Source of the DNA: an uncultured Enterobacterales bacterium
Lineage (GTDB): Bacteria > Myxococcota_A > UBA796 > UBA2385
Length of the DNA stretch: 32,467 nucleotides
Assembly (NCBI GenBank): GCA_964502005.1
Contig: CAZCUX010000029.1
Coordinates: forward strand, 1 to 32,467
Direction: 5' to 3'
The notes beneath the pieces were generated by a model that had not been told where the DNA came from, searched no databases, and saw only the letters and a list, made by a program, of their open reading frames with translations. The position numbers and the translations under genes were made by a program. This document shows, in pieces, positions 8,340 to 20,274 of the stretch. Each line of letters begins with the position of its first letter. Positions within the stretch are counted from its first letter, which is position 1.

Positions 8340-9279
8340 CGGCGGGAACGATGATGATGCGCTTCATGGACCCGTCGCCAGAGCTCTCGGTGGCCACACC
8401 GGAGAAGTCGGCCAGCTCCAGGTGCACCACGCGGCGCTCGTAGGAGTTCATCTCCTTCCGCATCGTGACGGCTTCGCCAGTCTTCGCGACCTTTGCAGCC
8501 AAGCGGCGCGCCAAGGACTTGAGGCGGTCAATGTCGCGGTCGGAAGCGCGACCGCTGTCGCGGGGACCACGGTCATCGCGGGGACCACGGTCATCGCGAG
8601 GGCCACGGTCATCGCGAGGGCCACGGTCATCGCGGGGACCACGGTCATCGCGGGGACCACGACGGTCATCGCGGGGGCCACGGTCGTCGCGGGGGCCCCG
8701 ACGGTCATCGCGGGGGCCACGGTCGTCGCGGGGGCCGCGGCGGTCGTCACGGGGGCCGCGACGGTCATCGCGGGGGCCGCGGTCGTCGCGCGGGCCCCGA
8801 CGGTCATCACGCGGGCCGCGGTCGTCGTCGTCCCGACGCCGTCCACCTTCGATGTTCAGCTCAATCTGCCAACCGCCTTGGTCTGCAGCGAGTGCCGCGT
8901 CCATCAGGCGACGAATCGAGCGCAGAGTCGCACCCCGACGACCGACAAGGTGCCGTGCGGCGGGGCTGTCGATGCTGACTTCGGCCTGGTTTTCGCCCAC
9001 CACGCGCGCCGACACGGTGCCTTCGAGGCCCATGAGGGTCAACAGCTTCTTCACCCATGCCACCGCTGCATCGGCGCCGCTCGCATCGGGGACATCCCGC
9101 GCTTCGGCGATGATTTTGACGGTATCCATAGGACGGCTGCGGCCATCGGTGGTTCGGAAATGGCTGGTGTCGAGCTTCCACGCGACGGCATCGCGGGGCA
9201 CACCAAGCTGCTCGGCCGCGGCGGTCACGGCTTCGGCGACGGTGCGGCCCTCAACGATGATGGACGAAGATTGGGTCAT
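8311..9279 (-). CDS. khpB: Jag/KhpB RNA-binding protein (Jag_N + KH + R3H) with a long RGPRDD repeat linker
   Basis: Conserved position between yidC and mnmE. N-terminal MTQSSSIIVEGRTVAEAV (Jag_N-like) and C-terminal R3H-like region (MNSYERRVVHLELADF). ATG 9279 has AGGGAG 7 nt upstream. The track start at 9360 adds 27 atypical residues. Confidence 0.8.
   Translation of the reverse strand: MTQSSSIIVEGRTVAEAVTAAAEQLGVPRDAVAWKLDTSHFRTTDGRSRPMDTVKIIAEARDVPDASGADAAVAWVKKLLTLMGLEGTVSARVVGENQAEVSIDSPAARHLVGRRGATLRSIRRLMDAALAADQGGWQIELNIEGGRRRDDDDRGPRDDRRGPRDDRGPRDDRRGPRDDRRGPRDDRGPRDDRRGPRDDRGPRDDRRGPRDDRGPRDDRGPRDDRGPRDDRGPRDDRGPRDSGRASDRDIDRLKSLARRLAAKVAKTGEAVTMRKEMNSYERRVVHLELADFSGVATESSGDGSMKRIIIVPAGGGGGRGEE
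8561..8835 (-). repeat. Tandem 18/21-nt repeats (about 15 units) encoding (R)RGPRDD in the Jag linker
   Basis: Plus strand shows cggggaccacggtcatcg / cgggggccacggtcgtcg units in direct succession. They translate on the minus strand to RGPRDD(R) x ~15. Confidence 0.85.
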
Positions 9280-9381
9280 GAGACACTCCCTGTAGAACAG
9301 TGAGGGTGGATACGCCGTAGGGGCAACCGCGCCCCCCATCCACGGTCGCCCACCCGCCATCGGGAGGCGCCGCGCTGGATG

Positions 9382-11100
9382 TCAGACGGCGACAGGTGCG
9401 GCAGCCAAGCGCCGCCGGATGAGCCACTGCTGAAGAATCGTCAGCAGCATATTCACGCAGAAGTAGAGCACCAGCCCCGAGGGGAAGCTGAACATCAGGA
9501 ACGCGAAAAAGATGGGCATCATCTTCATCATCCGCGCCTGGGCGGGGTCCATGTTCGCCATGGGCATCATCGCCTGCTGGATGACAATAAGAATGCCATA
9601 GAGCGTAGGCACGACCCCATACGGGTCGGCGGCGGTGAGGTCCTGCAGGTACAAAAACTGTGCGTCATACAGCTCTACGCTGTAGTACATTACACTATAC
9701 AATGCGAAGAAAACGGGCATCTGTACCAGCATGGGCAAACAACCACCAAGTGGGCTGACACCATGCTTTTGCCACAGCTTCATCATCTCTTGACTTTGTA
9801 GCTGTTGGTCGTCTTTGTACTTCTCACGCAGCGCTTCGATTTCAGGCTGAATCTTCTTCATCTGCTCCGAGCTGGCCAGGGCCTTTTCGTTGAGACGGAA
9901 GAACAACAGCTTGATGGTCAGCGTCAGCAGAATAATCGCGACGCCCCAGTTGCCGACACCTGCGTGGAAGAACTCGAGGAACAGCAGCAAAATCTTGGAG
10001 AAGAAGCCGAACCAACCGTATTCCACGGCTTCATCGAGGTCGGGCCCTACATCGCGCAAGATGTCGAGGGTCTTTGGACCCACGTACGCGGTGAAGCGGA
10101 GGGTACGGGTAGCGCCGGCATCGAGGGGGGCGTCGAGGTAGAACGAGCCCAAGCGACCGCCGGGGAGCTGGTCCATCACCACGGTGGCTTCGGGCAGCGC
10201 CTCGGCGGTGGCGTCCGCGGGCAAGATAGCGGCGAGGAAGTAGCGGTCGCCGACGCCGAGCCAGCTCACGGGGCCAGCAAAGCGCTCCTCGTCCGCACCT
10301 TCGACATCGCCGGTCGACATCACGCTCTCGAGACCGTCGACATAGGCTTGGGGGTGGGTGACGTTCGCCGAACGGTCGAACATACCGCCACCTTCGCCTT
10401 CCATGCGCTCCGCGACACCCACCCAAACCGGACCAACGGTGGTGCCGGAATTGTTGGTGAAGGCGACCTCTACCTGCGTAGTGTAGGGCTTTTCGCCCGG
10501 CCGGTAGGTCTTTGTGATGACAAGGCCGTCGGCGCGGCTTCGACGTGCGACCACCGCGTCGCCGCTTCGTGCGACTTGGTAGGCGCTATTTCCACCTGCG
10601 GTTCCCGCGCCATCGTCATCGAGGGGACCTGCGCCCGCCAAGACCAACACCGCATCGCGGGTGAGGACCTGGCGTGGGGTGTCGCCCCCCGCATACGGCG
10701 CCCACGAATCGCTGGTGCGACCGAGCACGGCATCCACCGCCCAGGTCCAAATGGGCTTGACCTGCACCATCGCATCGAAGGACTCCAGCTCCACGGCGCG
10801 CAGGCCGCCGTTTTCGCTGGACACCACACCTGCACCGCCATCGAGCTTCAGCGACTCTTCGTGCGCCGAAATGCTCGCAGCAGCAGGGAGTGGCGCCGCG
10901 ACCGGCGCGCTGCCCACCACTGCAGGAGTGGCGGCGGTTTCCGCGGGCACCTCCGCAGGCGGAGGTAGCTCTGGCGGCGGAAACATCCACTGCCAGGACA
11001 CGAGAATCAGCATGCTAAGCGCAACGGCGAGAATTACGCGCCGCTCCTGATCACTTTTCACCAGAGCCTCCAGCGCTTGGGGCGCGAGAGCTGCCTCCAT
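9382..11100 (-). CDS. yidC: Membrane protein insertase YidC
   Basis: N-terminal TM segment plus a large periplasmic domain. Conserved C-terminal core KLWQKHGVSPLGGCLPMLVQMPVFFALY...MMKMMPIFFAFLMFSFPSGLVLYF. Confidence 0.9.
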   Translation of the reverse strand: MEAALAPQALEALVKSDQERRVILAVALSMLILVSWQWMFPPPELPPPAEVPAETAATPAVVGSAPVAAPLPAAASISAHEESLKLDGGAGVVSSENGGLRAVELESFDAMVQVKPIWTWAVDAVLGRTSDSWAPYAGGDTPRQVLTRDAVLVLAGAGPLDDDGAGTAGGNSAYQVARSGDAVVARRSRADGLVITKTYRPGEKPYTTQVEVAFTNNSGTTVGPVWVGVAERMEGEGGGMFDRSANVTHPQAYVDGLESVMSTGDVEGADEERFAGPVSWLGVGDRYFLAAILPADATAEALPEATVVMDQLPGGRLGSFYLDAPLDAGATRTLRFTAYVGPKTLDILRDVGPDLDEAVEYGWFGFFSKILLLFLEFFHAGVGNWGVAIILLTLTIKLLFFRLNEKALASSEQMKKIQPEIEALREKYKDDQQLQSQEMMKLWQKHGVSPLGGCLPMLVQMPVFFALYSVMYYSVELYDAQFLYLQDLTAADPYGVVPTLYGILIVIQQAMMPMANMDPAQARMMKMMPIFFAFLMFSFPSGLVLYFCVNMLLTILQQWLIRRRLAAAPVAV

Positions 11101-11341
11101 TCGTCATCTGGGCGTCTTCTTTGCGGGGTGGCACGGGGTCGGGGCCGCCCGGAAAGAAGGGATTGCAGCGCGCAATGCGCGTGCCCGCCAACCAAGAACC
11201 GCGCACGATGCCGTGTACGGCCAACGCTTCGACAGCGTAATGACTACAAGAGGGTTGGAATCTGCACACCGGAGGGGTGTACCGTGAAATGAGCTTCTGG
11301 TAGCCGCGAATGGTCCAGATCAATGGGTCCGAAGCGTACAT
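11051..11341 (-). CDS. yidD: Membrane protein insertion efficiency factor YidD
   Basis: LIWTIRGYQKLISRYTPPVCRFQPSCSHYAVEAL...RCNPFFPGGPDPVP matches the YidD signature. Start ATG 11341 chosen (alternative is 11398). The track ORF extends to 11509 through non-conserved sequence. The 3' end overlaps the yidC start by about 50 nt. Confidence 0.7.
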   Translation of the reverse strand: MYASDPLIWTIRGYQKLISRYTPPVCRFQPSCSHYAVEALAVHGIVRGSWLAGTRIARCNPFFPGGPDPVPPRKEDAQMTNGGSSRAPSAGGSGEK

Positions 11342-11354
11342 TCGCACTCCTTGC

Positions 11355-11795
11355 TCACGCGCGCTTCCGCCATCGCCCCCCCCCTTGCTTCCCGCCATTC
11401 GACGAGCCGGAGCGGGAGGGCGATGGGCCACCGCAGATGTCGCGGAAACAACCGCGTACTTCTTGTCGCAGCGCCTCGGCACCTGCTTCCGCAGCGCGAG
11501 GGTGCGCAATCAGAACCACGTCAACCGAACGGGTCAACAGAGACAGTTCGTGGCGAACCGCTTCTCGGAGCCATCGCTTGACGCGGTTGCGCGCGACTGC
11601 ATTTCCTACTTTTCGGCTGACAGTCAGACCGATCCGCGAGGAATCCGACGCACGCAGGGGCATCCAGAGCACAAGAAGGGACGGTCGGCGCACTTTGTGC
11701 CCACGTCCCTGCACTCTTCGGAAATCGGACGACTTTCGAAGACGCCAAGAACGCGGAAAGGTAAACCCCTTCCGCGTTACTTCTGATGACTGCAT
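11355..11795 (-). CDS. rnpA: RNase P protein component RnpA
   Basis: FPRSWRLRKSSDFRRV...GLTVSRKVGNAVARNRVKRWLREA...DVVLIAHP matches the RnpA consensus. Start ATG 11795 (MQSSEV...) chosen over the longer track ORF. Confidence 0.8.
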   Translation of the reverse strand: MQSSEVTRKGFTFPRSWRLRKSSDFRRVQGRGHKVRRPSLLVLWMPLRASDSSRIGLTVSRKVGNAVARNRVKRWLREAVRHELSLLTRSVDVVLIAHPRAAEAGAEALRQEVRGCFRDICGGPSPSRSGSSNGGKQGGGRWRKRA

Positions 11796-11859
11796 CGCTT
11801 CAACCGACACGCCCCCTCCAACTTCACGACAAAACAGGAAGATGGAGCGGAGACGAGGC

Positions 11860-12015
11860 TCAGGTGGCCTTCGTCCGAACGGTCGGGACAAGACGCTTAC
11901 GGCCCTTCGCGCGGCGGCGCTTCAGGACGTTGCGGCCCCCGGTGGTGGCCATACGGGCACGGAAGCCGTGCGAGCGCTTCCGCTTGATGTTGCTTGGCTG
12001 GTACGTCCGCTTCAC
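11860..12015 (-). CDS. rpmH: 50S ribosomal protein L34
   Basis: [45 protein letters not shown] start at 12015 with a GGGAGG Shine-Dalgarno 5 nt upstream. Embedded in a longer spurious track ORF (11860..12393). Confidence 0.85.
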   Translation of the reverse strand: MKRTYQPSNIKRKRSHGFRARMATTGGRNVLKRRRAKGRKRLVPTVRTKAT

Positions 12016-12379
12016 AGGGACCTCCCGAAAGGGCTGCCGCCCCCAACCTGCTGGGAGGCCGCGGACTTCCGCGGCTCCCGATGGCCCGATGGGGGATGGG
12101 CGTGGGGCCCGAATAACCGGGCCGATTCTGGGTAAAAACGCGGCGAAGACAGACTTTTCCGCGTGGGGTTCGGAACGGAAACCGCGATGGTTTCCGAGAT
12201 CGAGGGTTCGTGGTGCAAGCCTACCCTGCGGGCGAGACACGCATCCTTGAAACCGGCTGTCGCCCGTATGCCATCGCGGGGCCAGTGGCAAGCCCCAGAC
12301 CGTCAACACAGCCGCGGCGCGCGCACTGCTCTGCCGAGGATGGGCGCTGGAGCGGCACGGTGATTCTCCGAGGTCACTG

Positions 12380-12590
12380 GGTTGACGTTCCAAGAGTTGT
12401 CCCCAACCCCAAGCGATCCCCTGAAGCGATCAATCCGCTGAATTGCGATCAAGAACCCTTTGATTCATGCGGACTTACGAAGCCTGTGGAAAAACTGTCC
12501 CCAAACCTATCCCGAAGTCCGAGCACGTTTTCCCCCGAATCCCCTACGTTCTCCCCAGGGGGGGGGATCTATTGGGGACTACTTTGCGTT
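12380..12590. promoter_or_regulatory. dnaA upstream region carrying DnaA-box-like sites and the TGTCCCCA repeat motif
   Basis: TGTGGAAAA at 12485-12493 matches the TGTGGATAA consensus at 8 of 9 positions. GTTGTCCCCAAC at 12396-12407. CTGTCCCCAAAC at 12495-12506. Inverted TTGGGGACT at 12572-12580. Confidence 0.4.
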
Positions 12591-12921
12591 GTGCCCAGCA
12601 CTGGCGCATTCTCAACGCCATGGCGCGGCTTGGACCTGGGGATGGCTTGTCGGCAGGGGGGTGGGCTGCTACCCTCCGGGGGTCTTTCCGTTGGACCTAT
12701 TTGAAGATCAGAAACCGCATAAATGCGCTGTTTTCCGCATCTTCTCCCATGACTGCGAGATCGACGGCCCCATGGTCGTGCGACCCCGCGTTCGCGGCAT
12801 CGAAACGGGCGTGCAGGCGAGGATTCTCGTCGCGCGACCCGTAGGACCACCCTTTTTTCTGGCTACGAGACTCGTCATCGGCGGCACAACGCTCCGTTTT
12901 CGAGCCATTGGAGACTCCACC

Positions 12922-14475
12922 ATGGTGACCGCCTGGGACGAAACCCGTAAAGCGCTGCGGCAAGAACTTGGCGCGTTGTACGACATCTGGATTTCGCCGC
13001 TCAAGTTCCACACCATCACCCACAATGGTGCGATTCCTACCGTCCATTTGATTGCGCCGAACGATGTGTTTCGAAACTATGTGCGCACCGGCTACCTCGC
13101 GCCGCTCGTGAACGAGCTTCGCCGTCATATGGCGCCCTCGACGGTCGTAGAACTTTGGCTGGCAGGCGAAAACCTCCCCAGTCACGAGCCACAGGTGTTG
13201 TTTCCGTCTCTTCCGGCACTTCCCGAGCTCGCGTCCCCGGCAACCCCGAGCGAGCAACAAGCCGCGCGCTCCGCTCGCGTGTGGAGCCAAGAGCCCCAGC
13301 TGCTCAAGGTGGAAGCAACGCCACAACCTCGGCTTTTTCCGGACCCGCAGCCACCCCAAGCGCACGTTCCCGAGGAGCCGCCCACTTATCCGCTGGTCGA
13401 GACAACTCCTGCCGATGAGCCAGAGTCGCCCACCGCTCTCTCGGGCCCGTTGCCGCCCGACAAGACCTTCGACCGTTTTGTCGTCGGTGGCTGCAACCAG
13501 TTTGCGCACGCAGCGGCGATGTCGGTCGCCGAGGACCCGTCGGGCGGCCGGTACAATCCCCTGTTCATTTACGGGGGCACCGGGCTCGGAAAGACGCACC
13601 TCATGGTCGCGGTGGGCCATCGCCGCTTGGCCCGTTCGCCTGGCGCGCGGGTGCTCTACGTCACGGCCGAGCAGTTCACCAATGAGCTCATCGAAGCGCT
13701 GCGTTTCAAGCGCATGTCCGAGTTCCGCGACCGCTACCGCAACAACGTCGACCTCTTGCTCATGGACGACATCCAATTCGTCACCGGCAAAGAGCGGACC
13801 CAAGAGGAGTTGTTCCACACATTTGAATGGCTGCGAGAGCGCGGACGTCAAATCATCTTCACGGCGGACGTTTTGCCGCGCGACATTCGGGGCTTCGAAC
13901 CCCGCCTGCGAACCCGCTGTGAGAGCGGCATGCTGGCCGACATGCAGCCTCCAGATTTGGAGACCCTCGTAGCGATTCTTCACGACAAGAGCGCCGCATC
14001 GAACATCGAGTTGACCTCCGATGTTGCCTCGTACATTGCCAGCCGCGTTCGGGGCTCCATCCGCGAAATTGAAGGCGTCGTGCATCGTTTGGGCGCTCTC
14101 TGTCGCCTCTACCGCGAGACACCATCCATCGGATTTGTGCGCGCCCACCTCGGCAACGTTCTGCCGGATGGTCCCCCCGTGGTCAATGCCGATGATGTTG
14201 TACAAGAGGTCGCCACCGCCTTTGCGGTGCCGGTTGCCCAAATCATGGGCCGCCAGCGTTTGCGGCAGCTCGTGCAGCCGCGCCATGTCGCGATGTACCT
14301 CGTAAGAAAGCACACCGGTGCGTCGTTTCCGGAGATGGGACGCTACTTCAAGCGCGACCACACCACAATTCACCACGCCTACGCAAAGATTGATGGCGAG
14401 CTGATGACCGACAGCGAGCTCCGCCAAATTGTGCACATCATCGAGCGGGCCTTGGTACACGGCATTCGAAGCTGA
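12922..14475 (+). CDS. dnaA: Chromosomal replication initiator DnaA
   Basis: N-terminal MVTAWDETRKALRQELGALYDIWISPL. Pro-rich linker. AAA+ domain with GGTGLGKTHL and LLMDDIQF. C-terminal DNA-binding domain. GGAG lies 8 nt upstream of ATG 12922. The track start at 12460 adds a 154-aa W/C/R/G-rich non-protein-like extension. Confidence 0.9.
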   Translation: MVTAWDETRKALRQELGALYDIWISPLKFHTITHNGAIPTVHLIAPNDVFRNYVRTGYLAPLVNELRRHMAPSTVVELWLAGENLPSHEPQVLFPSLPALPELASPATPSEQQAARSARVWSQEPQLLKVEATPQPRLFPDPQPPQAHVPEEPPTYPLVETTPADEPESPTALSGPLPPDKTFDRFVVGGCNQFAHAAAMSVAEDPSGGRYNPLFIYGGTGLGKTHLMVAVGHRRLARSPGARVLYVTAEQFTNELIEALRFKRMSEFRDRYRNNVDLLLMDDIQFVTGKERTQEELFHTFEWLRERGRQIIFTADVLPRDIRGFEPRLRTRCESGMLADMQPPDLETLVAILHDKSAASNIELTSDVASYIASRVRGSIREIEGVVHRLGALCRLYRETPSIGFVRAHLGNVLPDGPPVVNADDVVQEVATAFAVPVAQIMGRQRLRQLVQPRHVAMYLVRKHTGASFPEMGRYFKRDHTTIHHAYAKIDGELMTDSELRQIVHIIERALVHGIRS

Positions 14476-14501
14476 CCGTTTCTTTTGGCCCCGCACCTCC
14501 A

Positions 14502-14529
14502 CCGACCCTCTGGGGTCGGTTTTTTTTTT
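14502..14529 (+). terminator. Rho-independent terminator immediately after dnaA
   Basis: Perfect 7-bp stem CCGACCC / GGGTCGG with loop TCTG, followed by a run of about 10 T. Lies 27 nt after the dnaA stop. Confidence 0.75.
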
Positions 14530-15106
14530 GCGCATGCGGGACCCCCGCGTCCTTGTTTTTCCGGTCGGGGGAGAAGTTCGCTACCGGCTTCTCTCGCGGG
14601 GCGGAAAATCTCCGAAGCCTGGGGAAAACTCTCCGATTTGTCCCCACAATTTCCCCAACGGGTGTCCACAGGTGGGGATGACTTGCGTGGAAAAATGACG
14701 CGGAACTGTTTCACGCAAAGAAGTATTCCCTGACTGCCAATGTTTTCGACGATATGGCAAAAACTGTTCCACCTGGGGATGACGCTGGGGATAAGCAGGG
14801 GAAAGTCCCGGAGTGCCTGTGGACAGTTGGGGACAACGGTTGGTTTTCCCCAGGCGTCCAACGGGCATCCCCAGGTTCCACAAGGCCCGGTCCACAAACC
14901 GGCATTGTCAAAAATGCTGATGTAGACTTGGTTTTGAAAGTCATCCCCTCTGTCCCCAGCCCTCGATCGATCGATGACGACGATCTAAATACAAAAAAAT
15001 CTTCGAACCGATCGATCGTAGGACGCTCGTGGCAGGGGTGTGGCCAGCCCCCCCTCTGACGGGGTAGTCCCCGCGCCACATCTGTGCTCCCGCGACTGGA
15101 GAAGGC
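14530..15106. promoter_or_regulatory. Candidate oriC in the dnaA-dnaN spacer: DnaA-box-like cluster plus an AT-rich unwinding element
   Basis: TGTCCACAG 14664-14672. TGGGGATGAC twice (14673-14682, 14774-14783). TGGGGATAA 14786-14794 matches TGTGGATAA at 8 of 9. TGTGGACAG 14818-14826. GTGGAAAAA 14687-14695. TGTCCCCA at 14639-14646 and 14951-14958, and inverted within GTTGGGGACAAC 14826-14837. TCCACAA twice (14878-14884, 14891-14897). AT-rich GATCTAAATACAAAAAAATCTTCGAA 14982-15007, flanked by palindromes TCGATCGATCGA (14964-14975) and CGATCGATCG (15009-15018). Confidence 0.5.
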
Positions 15107-16225
15107 ATGGACTTGTACATCGAGCGTGACCAGCTCATCCGCGGATTGTCCCGCGTTCAGGGCGTGGTCGAGCGACGCACCACAAACCCGATTCTCGCCA
15201 ACGTGCTGCTGAGCGCCCAAGGCAACAAGCTGCAAATGACGGCCACGGACGGCGCGCTCACGCTCGTCGCGTCCTACCCGGCCAGCGTTGAAGGCGAAGG
15301 CGAACTCCCAGTCGATGCACAGCGGCTCTTCAGCATCGCGCGCACTCTGACGGAGCCGGTCGTCCACCTCACGTTCAGCAAAGGCAACCGCCTGCGCTTG
15401 CGCTGCGGAAAGGTCGACTTCAACATCGTCGGCGCCAACCCCGAAGAGTACCCGCCGCTCCCCGTTCGCGACGAGCGCTCGGCTCTGAAGGTCACCGGCG
15501 GGCACCTCCGGCGCATCATCGAAGAGACGCTCTCGAGCATCTCCACCGATGAGAGTCGCTATGGCCTGAATGGCGGTCACATCGAGCAAAGCATCACTGT
15601 TTCTGGTGAAAAGCGAATTCGGCTCGTCACCACCGATGGCAGCCGCTTGTCGTGGTCTGAAGCCCCATTCAGTGGCGAGTTCTCGATTTCCAACCAGGTG
15701 CTCGTGCCGCGGAAGGCGCTCAATGAAGCCAAAAAGCTGATTGAGCAAGACGAACACGAATGGAGTGTGTCCTTTGGCGACCGCTCCGCCGTGTTCTCCA
15801 ACGAAGACACCACGTTCATGCTGCGCCTCATCGACGGCGAGTTCCCCGACTACCGGCAGGTGCTCCCCGCAGCCGCCCGTCGCCGGGTGAAGGTCGAGCG
15901 CGAGTCCTTCGCGTCCGCGCTGCGCCGCGTCGGCATCATGGCCTCCGACCGCAACCACTCGGTGCACTTCGCGTTTGAAGAGAGCCGCGTGGTGCTCAAG
16001 GCTCACAACGTCGACACCGGCGATGTCCGCGAAGAAGTACCCGCCGACCTTGAAGGGAGCCCCGTCTTCACGGGCTTCAACGTCAAGTACTTCCAGGACA
16101 TCCTCGCGGCGACCCGCAGCCAGGACCTCATCCTTGAGCTCGGTGAGCCGCTCGACCCATGCCTCATCCGGCTGCCCGACCGTGACGATTGTATGTTCGT
16201 CGTGATGCCCATGCGCCTTGATTGA
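15107..16225 (+). CDS. dnaN: DNA polymerase III beta sliding clamp
   Basis: MDLYIERDQLIRGLSRVQGVVERRTTNPILANVLL...three-domain clamp pattern. GGAGAAGG Shine-Dalgarno before the ATG. Confidence 0.9.
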   Translation: MDLYIERDQLIRGLSRVQGVVERRTTNPILANVLLSAQGNKLQMTATDGALTLVASYPASVEGEGELPVDAQRLFSIARTLTEPVVHLTFSKGNRLRLRCGKVDFNIVGANPEEYPPLPVRDERSALKVTGGHLRRIIEETLSSISTDESRYGLNGGHIEQSITVSGEKRIRLVTTDGSRLSWSEAPFSGEFSISNQVLVPRKALNEAKKLIEQDEHEWSVSFGDRSAVFSNEDTTFMLRLIDGEFPDYRQVLPAAARRRVKVERESFASALRRVGIMASDRNHSVHFAFEESRVVLKAHNVDTGDVREEVPADLEGSPVFTGFNVKYFQDILAATRSQDLILELGEPLDPCLIRLPDRDDCMFVVMPMRLD

Positions 16226-16268
16226 GGCGGGGTTGGTCGTGTCTCCACCGCTCTTGCGGACCTGAACC

Positions 16269-20199
<3,931 letters not shown>

Positions 20200-20274
20200 C
20201 CGCGCGCGCGCGCCGCACGGGATAGCCTTCGTTTGCCCCGGGCGCCGAAGCGCATGCGGGGTCGAGGAGGTCGT

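Noticed and set aside
8422-9303. 293-aa and 276-aa plus-strand ORFs (TVIAG and PRSSRG repeats)
   Set aside because: Antisense and alternative frames of the Jag RGPRDD tandem-repeat DNA. They arise purely from the 18-nt periodicity. This is not a CRISPR array either: the units are contiguous with no spacers.
9805-10968. 387-aa plus-strand ORF
   Set aside because: Antisense to yidC.
12460-12921. N-terminal 154-aa extension of the dnaA ORF
   Set aside because: Non-protein-like composition and no Shine-Dalgarno. The canonical DnaA N-terminus starts at 12922.
12697-14535. 612-aa minus-strand ORF
   Set aside because: Antisense to dnaA. R/G/A-rich.
20200-20215. (CG)n alternating tract CGCGCGCGCGCG after the gyrB stop
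   Set aside because: Short simple sequence in a high-GC genome. No flanking structure suggesting function.
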